This document shows, piece after piece, positions 39,101 through 51,100 of a stretch of 64,000 bases of DNA (positions are counted from its first letter, which is position 1; every line of letters begins with the position of its first letter). This DNA comes from Mobula hypostoma (taxonomy: Eukaryota), in the NCBI RefSeq assembly GCF_963921235.1, contig NC_086108.1, forward strand, positions 102,240,001 to 102,304,000. Reading direction: 5' to 3'. Below the pieces are notes generated by a model. That model saw only the letters and a program-made list of their open reading frames with translations. It searched no databases and was not told the origin of the DNA. Position numbers and translations under genes: made by a program.

Positions 39101-42100
39101 TGACCTGCAGTCTGGAATATCTGCTCACACTTCAGACATAGATAGATGCCTGAAGAATAGATAGAGTGGATAGGCAGTGACCTTTTCCCAGGGTGGAAAT
39201 AGCTAATACAAGGGGTCACATAGAGGATCATGTAGGAGGGACGGGTTAGATTGATCTTAAAGCAGATTAAAAGCTTGTCACAATATCGTGGGCCAAGGGT
39301 CCTGTACTGTGCTATAATGTTCATTGTTCAGACTAGTGAGGCTGCCATTCAGATTTCCCAATGATCATATACTGGATTATCAATGTTTTACTTTATTTAA
39401 CATGTTCCGAAGTGTACTTCCTTAACAGAATTTTGATATTCAATGCTGCAATCTTCCAGCCTTGCCTGGAATATGATTAAGGGAAGATTTTGTTCTACTT
39501 CAGCACCACAAACTGAATACTGAAGGTTTATCATTTCAACAAGAAATTCCAACCAGTGTGTGTTGAAAACATTTTCCAGCAAAATTGTTACCTCGTGGAC
39601 CATAAATAGGGATGACACTATCATTCAGCATGAAGCCAGGGGTCAGGTGAATATATCGGCCCCGCTCACCACATCTGCCATACTGGAGGGTGTACGGATC
39701 ATCACCAAATTTAATGTGTGAATCAGCAATGATCACATCAGCCTAGTAAGATAAAGACAGGGAACTGAAGTAAAAAAAAAAGCTACTTTTAAACATAAAG
39801 AATATAAGCATGGACATACAAAGCGAGAAAAGAGTAGCTACAGAAAATGTTAAGACAATAAGACATCAGACAAGAATTAGGCTATTCAGCCCATTGTGTC
39901 CCCTCCTCCATTCCATCAAAGGATGCCTCTATAGTATTACAGTTAGTGCGACTCTATCACAGCTCGGGTTGTTGGTGTTCAGAGTTCAAACCCGGTGTCC
40001 TCTGCAAGGTGTTTGTACTTACAAAATACATTTATTATCAAAGAATATATAAATTATACAACCTTGATATCTGTTTGTTTACAGGCAGTCACAAAGTAAG
40101 AAACCCAAAAGAACCCAATTAAAAATAAAATCCAACACCCAATGCGCAGAGAAAAGGGGGGAAATAACACAAATCATGCAAACAATAGAAACAAGCAACA
40201 ACATTACAAACAAAAATGAGTCTTTAGATCCAAACCCTGGAGCAGCCCAGAGGAGGCCTAAAGCCTCAGTGTCAGTCCATCATATTAGTGGGCACAGAGC
40301 GCAGTAGCTGGGGCAGTCTTCATAGCCTCAGCACCATGGAGAGAGGAGTGAACCTCGTGGGAGGGCAAGCAAAATCATCTCTCACCTCTGATCCCGACAC
40401 CATGTTTTACCAGTCTATCTGGGCCAGTGACTAAATTGTCCAAACAATATACCTTACCTCATACTAGGACCCAAGCACCACTGCAGTGAAAGGCTCCGGT
40501 CCTAGACCACGCCACTCAGTGACTTGCTCTGGACCCAGGTTTTGCTGCCAACCTGGAAGCCACTCTCGATTTCTCTAACTCAGCTCGGTGCCCAGAGCAA
40601 CCCAACCTCACACCTGGGTCAGTTGTACAGGCATCGGAACTCCTCTACCTTTACTTCTCCTCTCATAATGGCACACTCTGTCTAAGTCGATTCTGCAACA
40701 TACCAGCACAGTTCATCCCCCAAATTCACTTCACCTTCACTTACCTCTTCATTGTTTGCGGTGATAATTTACCACAATTTACTTCAGGAAATATATTATT
40801 AATAATGTTCTTAGTTGAATATTTTGCCATTTGAACTACCACTGAGCTGACACACGCGTTCAGTAGCGCCTCCCCATAGAATGCGTGGACTTTCCCCTGG
40901 CGCTCCAGTTTTCTCTCACAGTCCATTTTTTGAAGAATACTTCTCTTTCTTTCTTTTTAAATCTTTTTGTTAATTTTCCAAAGTTATAAACAAAATAACA
41001 ATGTTGATACAGAGAGATTGGAATAATCTTATTGTTAATAAGCATATACAGAGAAGATTTCAAATATCACAGGTATAATAGACTTCCAAACTCATGATGT
41101 AATCAATCATAGAGAAAAAAAGAAATAAAAAGAAAAAAATACAAAGAAAAACCCCAAAAAGAAACAAACAAAAAAGGAACTAAATATTAAACCCAAAAAA
41201 AGCAAACAGAACAAAACAAGGCTAGACCATTATCTTAAATCGAACACGTTCAATAATGTCATCAACTCCGCTCCTCCATTCATGTATTTTAAGTTAATAA
41301 GAAGGATTCGGAAAGGTCAAATTACATCATATGAAAATGTTCAATAAATGGTTTCCAAGTCTCTTCAAGTTTAACCGAAGGATCAAAAATATCACTTCTA
41401 ATTTTTTCTAAATTTAAACATAATATAGTTTGGGAAAACCATTGGAATGTAGTAGGAGGATTGGTCTCCTTCCAGTTCAATAAAATGGATCTTCTGGCCA
41501 TTAAAGTAACAAATGCATTCATCCAACAGGCTGAAGAATATAAAAATCTATGTTCTACCATTGGCAATCCAAAAATTGCTGTAATAGGGTGGGGTTGTAA
41601 ATCAAAACACAGAATTGTTGAGATAATATCAAAAATATCTTTCTAATATTTTTCCAAAAGAGGGCAGGACCAAAACATATGAGTTATAGAAGCCACCTCA
41701 AAGTGACATCTGTCACAGATAGGGTTTATATGGGAATAAAAACGGGCTAGTTTATCTTTAGACATATGGGCCCTATGCACTACTTTAAATTGTATTAATG
41801 TATGTTTAGCACATATAGAGGAAGTACTGACTAACTGACAAATTTTATCCCATTTCTCTATAGGTAGGCAAAGTTGAAGTTCCCTTTCCCATTCATTTTT
41901 AATTTTATCAGATAGACCTGGCTGTAATTTCATAATTATATCATAGATAGATGCTATTAATCCCTTCTGAAGAGGATTTAAACCTAAAATTTTATCGATG
42001 ATATCAGTAGGGTATGAGGTCGGGAAGGTAGGCAACATGGTATTTAAAAAGTTTCTTATTTGTAAATATCTAAAAAAATGGGATCTAGGCAAATCAAATT

Positions 42101-45100
42101 TCTTAGATAACTATTCGAAAGACATGAAACAGTTATCCAGAAATAAGTCACGAAAACATGTTATACCTTTCATTTTCCTTATCAAAAAGGCTTGGTCCCT
42201 AACCGAGGGTTGAAAAAAAATTAGGTATAATAGGGCTTGATAATATAAATTTGTTCAAACCAAAAAATTTATGAAATTGAAACCATATTCGTAATGTATG
42301 TTTAACTATTGGATTAACCATTTGTTTATTCAATTTAGATAGTACAAAAGGAAGTGAAGTTCCTAAAATGGAAGCCAAAGAGAACCCCTGTACATAGTAG
42401 CCTTGTGGAGTTGGAATTATATTCCAATCTTGTGTCCAAAATATTACATATAGAATATTAATTGCCCAATAATAGAATCTTAGATTAGGCAGTGCTGAAC
42501 CACCAACTTTCTTGGATTTCTGTAAATATTTTTTCCTTAATCTGGAATTTTTGTTCTGCCATATACAAGAAGAAATTTTAGAATCAATAGTATCAAAAAA
42601 GGATTTAGGAATAAAAATTGGTATCGTTTGAAATAAATATAAGAATTTAGGTAAAATAATCATTTTAATAGCATTAATTTGGCCAATCAGTGATAGAGAC
42701 ACTGAGGACCACTTAGTAATCAGTTGTTTAACCTGACTAATTAACGGTAAAAGGTTGAACTTGAATAAATCCTTATGTCTCTCAGTAATTTTAACTCCCA
42801 AATAAGTAAAATAGTCAGTAATCACTCTGAATGGAGAACATCTATAAATGGGAACCTGCATATTTAATGGAAAAAGATCACTCTTCCCAAGATTCAATTT
42901 ATAACCAGAAAAACTACTAAACTGAGCAAGCAGAGTTAATGCTGCCGGAATAGATTTCCTCGGGTTAGAAATATATAATAGTAAATCATCTGCATAAAGT
43001 GATAATTTATGTGTCTCATTTCCATGAGTAATGCCAAATATATTAGGGGAGTCACGAATAGCAATAGCTAGCGGTTCCAAGGCAATATCAATTAGTAGTG
43101 GACTAAGAGGGCAATCTAGCTCCAATCTTCTGCCTTCTCTCCCCAATCTCCTGCCTTCTCTCCGTATCCCTTCATACTCTGACAAATCAAGAACCTGAAT
43201 ATACATAAAGACTTGGCTTCCACAACTGCCTGTGGCAAAGAATTGGACAGATTCACCACTCCGGCTAAAGAAATTCCCCCTCATCTCCATTCCAAAAGGA
43301 CACCCCTCTATTCTGAGTCTATGTCGTCTGGTCTTAGACTCTCCCACCACAGGAAACATTCTCTCCATTCTATCAAGGCCTTTCGCCATTCGATAGGTTT
43401 CAATGAGGTCGCCCCTCATTCTTCTGAATTCTAGGAATACAGACCCAAGGCATAGCAGGAATACTCTTTGCAACCATCTCTAAAAAGCCAGTGAAGAGCC
43501 TTGGCAGGGTGTTTGACAGTGGCCTGAAAGACACAACATCAATCCAGGCAACCTGTAAGGAACTGGAGGGTTGGCTGAAAGCAGTTGACTGGTCAGGACT
43601 ACCTGGCAAGCTCAAGGCATGGCTATACCTGCACCTCATCCGACCAAGGATTCTTTGGTCACTGCTAGTACATGAAGTTCCAAACCCACTGTCCAGACCC
43701 TACAGAGAAAGGTCAACAGCTTTCATTTGGAGGCAGCTAGGATTGACCAGGACTCTCAGCAGCAGCAGCCTCTATGGAAAGAGCACCAATCTGCAGCTAC
43801 CCTTGAAATGCTTGGAGGAAGAGTTTAAGGTGACAAAAGCCAGAGAGGTGATGCAATATAGGGAGTCTAGCGACCCGAAAGTGGCCTAGGCAGGGGTCAT
43901 TGTGAAGACAATGAGGAAGTGAAGAGTGGAAGATACTGTGCAGCAGGCTGAATCTCGGCTGTGCCACAATGTCCCGGTGCGAGTGGTGAGCTGAAGAGGA
44001 GTTGGCCTGGGAAGGTATGACTCAGCGAAGGGAAGGAAAAAGCGCAGACTCATCCAGGAGGAAGTGAGAGCAGCTGTGGATGAAGAGAGATCTACCAAAG
44101 CAGTGGACACGAAGCAATAGTGAGCTTGGAGCAGGCCATGAAAAGGAGAGTGATCTCTGGTGAGCAAATTCCTTGTCCAACCTGCATAGGTGGGGAAAGT
44201 GTCGTGTACTGTTCAGCTAGGTCTCCTAATATAAAGAAACAAACTAGAACAACTTCAGAGTGGATCACATTATTAATGCATGTGTTATTTTACTTGCAAG
44301 GGGTGATATATTTCCAGCAAAGTTTCATCTGGAAATATAGCTCCAATGTTCTGTTTCAGCCGAAGAACTTTTATACTTTTTTTTACAAAAGCAGTGATTA
44401 GATTTCTCCATTCCATAGCATTACATTCCTTTGTCACCTTCATCCTTATCTTGTTTTTACATTTGACCTTCAGAAGCTCCATCCTGTTTGCTCCGCAAAA
44501 TATCCCCTCGGCCAAAAATCAAATTGGCTGTCATCAAAGAAAGTAGTTTGCTCCCAGATAACACAAACACACTTGTAAGATTTCCATGCAAACCAGCAAA
44601 GTACCTTGGGATTTCTTAGACTCCATTTCATTACATTACATTTCACAAAAGTTACAAATTCATAAAATTCAGGGTTACAAATACACAGTACCTATAAAAA
44701 CTATTCACCACCTCCCTTGAAAGTTTCATGTTTTATTGTTTAGCAACATTGAATCGGTTGATTTAACTTGGCTTTTTGACACTGATCAACAGAAAAGACT
44801 CTTTTGTGACAAAGTGAAAACAATTTTCGATAAATTGGTCTAAATTTATTACAGTTTTTAAACACAAAATAATTGATTGCATAATTACTCACCACCTTCA
44901 AGTCAGTATTGAGTAAATGCACCTTTGGCAATAATTACAGCCTTGAATCTGTGTGGATAGGTCTTTATCAGCTTTGCACATCTGGACACTGCAATTTTTC
45001 CCCATTCTTCTTTACAAAACTGCTCAAGCTCTGTCAGATTGCATGGGGATCATGAGGGAACAGCCCTTTTCAAGTCCAGCTACAAATTTTCAATTGGATT

Positions 45101-48100
45101 GAGGTCTGGACCCTGATTTGGCCACTCCAGGACATTAACTTCGTCATTTTTAAGCCATTCCGGTGTAGCTTTGGCTTTATGCTTGGGGTCATTGTCTTGC
45201 TGGGAAACAAATCTTCTACCAAGTGGCAGTTCTCTTGCAGACTGCATCAGGCTTTCCTTGTATTTTGCTGCATTCATTTTACCCTCTACTTTTTCAAGCC
45301 TTCCAGGGCCTGCTGTAGTGAAGCATCCCCATAGCATGGTGCAGCCACAACCATGCTTCATGGTAGAGATGAGGTGTTTTTGATGTGCAGTGTTCGACTT
45401 AGGCAAAACATAATGTTTAGTCTGATGGCCAAAGAGCTCAATTTTGGTTTCATCACACCATAGAACGTTCTTCCAGCTGACTTCAGTCTCTCTTCTGGAA
45501 TGTCAGCCTTCTGGAAAACTGTAGCCAAGATTTCATATGCGTTTTTTTCAACAACGGTTTTCACTTTGCCGCTCTCCCATAAAGCTGCGACTGGTGAAGC
45601 ACCCAGGCAACAGTTGTTGTGTGCGCAGTCTCTCCCATCTCAGTCACTGAAGCGTGTAACTGCTTCAGAGTTGTCAAAGGTCCCCTTCTTGCACGGTCAC
45701 TCAGTTTTTGAGGATGACCTTCTCTAGGCAGATTAACAGCTGTGCCATATTCTTTCCATTTCTTGATAATTGACTTAACTGCACTCCAAGGGATATTCAG
45801 TGTCTTCGAAATTTTCTTGTACCCATCACCTAACTTGTGCTTTTCAATAACTTTTTTGAGGCGTTGCTTGGAGTGTCCTTTGATCTTCATGGTATAGCTT
45901 TTGCCAGGATACTGACTCACCAGCAGATGGACCTTCGAGATACGGGTGCATTTTTACTACAGTCATGCTTATTAACAATAAGAAAGCGGCCAGAGCGTGA
46001 GTGGGCCAGTGAAGAAGAGGAGATTTGAGGCTTTGACTCGAGAGGCTTCGACGAGAAGAGGCGGAAGACAAGCTAGCTCGCAGTTAGTATTTACAATGTC
46101 TTCTGAGATGGTGATGTGCCTCTCATGTGAGATGTGGCAGTCTTGGGGGAATGCCCCTCTCCCACGGAGTCACATCTGCCAGAAGTACATACGGCTGGGA
46201 GATCTGGAAAACCGTGTAAGGAATCTGGAGCAGCAGCTGGATGACCTTCGACGCATAAGGGAGAATGAGGCAGTCATAGATGAGAGCTACAGGGAGGTAG
46301 TCACACCTAGGCTGTCGGAAGTAGGTCGTTGGGTGACAGTCAGAGGGGGAAAAGCGAAGGTGAGCGGACAGGTAGTGCAGAGCACCCCTGTAGCCACTCC
46401 CCTGAATAATAAGTTTACCATCCTGGATACTGTTGGCGGGGACGACCGACCAGGTGTGAGCTACGGTGGCAGGGCCTCCGACACTGAGTCTGACCCTGTG
46501 GTGCAGAAGGGTGGGACGGAGAAGAGGAGAGCTGTTGTCATTGGAGACTCTATAGTCAAGGGAGCAGAGAGGAGATTTTGTGGACGTGAGAAGGACACCC
46601 GCATGGTTTGTTGCCTCCCAGGTGCCAGGGTCCAGGATGTTTCTGACCGGGTGCACGACATCCTGGTACGAGAGGGAAAGCAACCAGAAGTCGTGATACA
46701 TGTTGGGACCAACGACATAGGTAGGAAGAGGGATGAGGTTCTGAAATGTGAGTTTCGGGAATTAGGCAGAAGGCTGAAGAACAGGACCTCAAGGGTGACG
46801 TTCTCAGGATTGCTTCCAGTGCTACGTGACTGTGATGGTAAGAATTGGAGGAGATGGCAGTTGAATGTGTGGCTGAGGGGTTGGTGCAGGGAGCAGGGTT
46901 TTAGATTTTTAGATCATTGGGATCTCTTCTGGGGAAGGTGGGACCTGTACAGATTGGATGGGTTGCACCTGAACTCGAGGGGGAGCAATATCCTTGCAGG
47001 TAGGTTTGCTAGCATGGTTCGGGAGGGTTTAAACTAATTTGCGAGGGGGATGGGACCCAGAGCGATAGAGCAGTGAAAGAAGTGCATGGAGTAAAGCCAG
47101 ATCTAACATACAGAGAGGCTTTGAGGAAAGGGAAGCAGAATAAACAGTGTAAAGACAGTAAGGTAGAAGGGCTGAAATGTGTGTACCTCAATGCAAGAAG
47201 CATCAGGAACAAAGGTGATGAACTGAGAGCTTGGATACATACATGGAATTATGATACAGTGGCCATTACGGAGACTTGGCTGGCACCAGGGCAGGAATGG
47301 ATTCTCAATATTCCCGGATTTCAGTGCTTTAAAAGGGGTAGAGAGGGCGGAAGAAGTGGAGGGGGTGGCATTACTGGTCAGAGATACTATTACAGCTACA
47401 GAAAGGGTGGGTAATGTAGCAGCATCCTCTTTTGAGTTAATATAGGTGGAAGTCAGGAATAGGAAGGGAGCAGTTACTCCACTGGGGGTATTCTATAGGC
47501 CCCCTGGTAGCAGCAGAGATACAGAGGAGCAGATTGGGAGGCAGATTTTGGAAAGGTGCAAAAATAACAGGGTTGTTATCATGGGTGACTTTAACTTCCG
47601 TAATATTGATTGGCACCTGATTAGTTCCAAGGGTTTAGATGGGGCAGAGTTTGTTAAGTGTGTCCAGGATGGATTCCTGTCACAGTATGTGGACAGGCCA
47701 ACCAGGGGGATTGCCATACTAGATCTAGTACTAGGTAATGAACCGGGTCAGGTCACAGATCTCTCAGTGGGTGAGCATCTGGGGGACAGTGACCACCGCT
47801 CCCTGGCCTTTATAATTATCATGGAAAATGATAGAATCAAAGATGACAGGAAAATTTTTAATTGGGGAAAGGCAAATTATGAGGCTATAAGGCTAGAACT
47901 TGCGGGTGTGAATTGGGATGATGTTTTTGCAGGGAAATGTACTATGGACATGTGGTCGATATTTAGAGATCTCTTGCGGGATGTAAGGGATAAATTTGTC
48001 CTGGTGAGGAAGATAAAGAATGGTAGGGTTAAGGAACCATGGGTGACAAGTGAGGTGGAAAATCTAGTCAGGTGGAAGCAGGCAGCATACATGAGGTTTA

Positions 48101-51100
48101 GGAAGCAAGGATCAGATGGGTCTATTGAGGAATATAGGGAAGCAAGAAAGGAGCTTAAGAAGGGGCTGAGAAGAGCAAGAAGGGGGAATGAGAAGGCCTT
48201 GGCGAGTAGGGTAAAGGAAAACCCCAAGGCATTCTTCAATTATGTGAAGAAAAAAAGGATGGCAGGAGTGAAGGTAGGATCGATTAGAGATAAAGGTGGG
48301 AAGATGTGCCTGGAGGCTGTGGAAGTGAGCGAGGTCCTCAATGAATACTTCTCTTCGGTATTCACCAATGAGAGGGAACTTGATGATGGTGAGGACAATA
48401 CGAGTGAGGTTGATGTTCTGGAGCATGTTGATATTAAGGGAGAGGAGGTGTTGGAGTTGTTAAAATACATTAGGACAGATAAGTCCCCGGGGTCTGACGG
48501 AATATTCCCCAGGCTGCTCCACGAGGTGAGAGAAGAGATTGCTGAGCCTCTGGCTAGGATATTTATGTCCTCGTTGTCCACGGGAATGGTACCGGAGGAT
48601 TGGAGGGAGGCGAATGTTGTTCCCTTGTTCAAAAAAGGTAGTAAGGATAGTCCGGGTAATTATAGACCAGTGAGCCTTACGTCTGTGGTGGGAAAGCTGT
48701 TGGAAAAGATTCTTAGAGATAGGATCTATAGGCATTTAGAGAATCATGGTCTGATCAGGGACAGTCAGCATGGCTTTGTGAAGGGCAGATCGTGTCTAAC
48801 AAGCCTGATAGAGTTCTTTGAGGAGGTGACCAGACATATAGATGAGGGTAGTGCAGTGGATGTGATCTATATGGATTTTAGTAAGGCATTTGACAAGGTT
48901 CCACACGGTAGGCTTATTCAGAAAGTCAGAAGGCATGGGATCCAGGGAAGTTTGGCCAGATGGATTCAGAATTGGCTTGCCTGCAGAAGGCAGAGGGTGG
49001 TGGTGGAGGGAGTACATTCAGATTGGAGGATTGTGACTAGTGGTGTCCCACAAGGATCTGTTCTGGGACCTCTACTTTTTGTGATTTTTATTAACGACCT
49101 GGATGTGGGGGTAGAAGGGTGGTTTGGCAAGTTTGCAGACGACACAAAGGTTGGTGGTGTTGTAGGTAGTGTAGAGGATTCTCAAAGATTGCAGGGAGAC
49201 ATTGATAGGATGCAGAAGTGGGCTGAGAAGTGGCAGATGGAGTTCAACCCGGAGAAGTGTGAGGTGGTACACTTTGGAAGGACAAACTCCAAGGCAGAGT
49301 ACAAAGTAAATGGCAGGATACTTGGTGGTGTGGAGGAGCAGAGGGATCTTGGGGTACATGTCCACAGATCCCTGAAAGTTGCCTCACAGGTGGATAGGGT
49401 AGTTAAGAAAGCTTTTGGGGTATTAGCTTTCATAAGTCAAGGGATAGAGTTTAAGAGTCGCGATGTAATGATGCAGCTCTATAAAACTCTGATAAGGCCA
49501 CACTTGGAGTCCTGTGTCCAGTTCTGGTAACCTCACTATAGGAAGGATGTGGAAGTATTGGAAAGGGTACAGAGGAGATTTACCAGGATGCTACCTGGTT
49601 TAGAAAGTATGCATTATGATCAGAGATTAAGGGAGCTAGGGCTTTACTCTTTGGAGAGAAGGAGGATGAGAGGAGACATGATAGAGGTGTACAAGATAAT
49701 AAGAGGAATAGATAGAGTGGAAAGCCAGCGCCTCTTCCCCAGGGCACCACTACTCAATACAAGAGGACATGGCTTTAAGGTAAGGGGTGGGAAGTTCAAG
49801 GGGGATATTAGAGGAAAGTTTTTTACTCAGAGAGTGGTTGGTGCGTGGAATGCACTGCCTGAGTCAGTGGTGGAGGCAGATACACTAGTGAAGTTTAAGA
49901 GACTACTAGACAGGTATGTGGAGGAATCTAATGTGGGGGCTTACATGGGAGGCAGGGTTTGAGGGTCAGCACAGCATTGTGGGCCGAAGGGCCTGTACTG
50001 TGCTGTGCTGTTCTAAAAAAAAAGTTCTAAAAAGATTATTCCAATCTTTCTGTATTAACATTGTTATTTTGTTTATAATTTTGGAAAATTAATAAAAAGA
50101 TTTTAAAAGAAAGAAAAGAAGATTGGAGCTGGAGGATAATTGAATCAGCCATGATGAAATGGTGGAGCAGATTTGATGGGCAAAATGGCCTAATTCTGCT
50201 CCTATATCTTGTGGTCTTAAAGCAGAATCTGTCTGTGCTCCGCCCTTCCTCAGCACCAATGATCTTGATTTTGTGGTCTTGAAACTCATCCTTGCCCAGC
50301 TGATGAGCTCTCCACTCCTTGCAGAGTCCACCTGGTTCCAGCCACAGGCTCCATGAAAGTTCTAATTGGTGGTTGCCATACACCAGACTTGGAGTGGGGA
50401 CCACGGCACTCTAGTTTGGCAGACTTTGCAGTTATATTCATTGCAAGACCAAGGAGGGTCACAGAGATGGTACCACCTGTGATGACTCCAGTCTCCAGCC
50501 TGTGCCACCCCGATGTAGCTTGGCCTGATGAGCCTCTCTTTCTGAATTTGTTGTAGTAACCCAGGATGAGGTTTGCAGCTTTGCTCGGAACATGATGCTT
50601 GCCCATGGTTGTCTGCACCAGCCTGTAGGGGATTGATCCATAGGCATTGGCCAGGTCAAGCCAGAGCACCGCCAGCTCTCCTCTGTTCCTCTGCAGCTCT
50701 CGAATGAGTGGTCTCCACTCCTCTGTGTTCCAAACACCCAGGCGCTCCTGGAATACCTCCCTTCTGCACAGATTTATTGATGTAGCCATTGTTGGAGCCT
50801 TGTGACAAAGCTGAAAAAGATCTTTCCTTCGACACTGAGCAAGGAGATGATGCTGAACTGGTCAATGTTCATGGAGTCTTCTTTCTTTGGGATCTGCTTT
50901 CCATCAGCAAATCTCCACTGCTTAACCACCTTCCCTCTCCTCCAAGTGACTCTCAGTATCCTCCATGGTCTTTTAAGTTGTCAAGGACAGTGTATATAGA
51001 CTTCGTGCAAGACTCTACTCAGTCCTGGTGCAGAACCAGAACTTGCCTTCCTCACTACATCTTGCACTTCTTTCAGGAGTGGTTCCCTGCTGTTGAATTC

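Noticed and set aside
42199..43473. 424-aa ORF appearing to fuse CR1 and L1 proteins
   Set aside because: Chance in-frame junction where a truncated L1 inserted into a CR1 fragment; the start is non-ATG and the CR1 part drifts out of its native frame.
12445..49962. RT, GIY-YIG and SGNH esterase ORFs as a novel RT-based or defence system
   Set aside because: All are standard parts of CR1 and Penelope retrotransposons, with TSDs, tails and disabling mutations.
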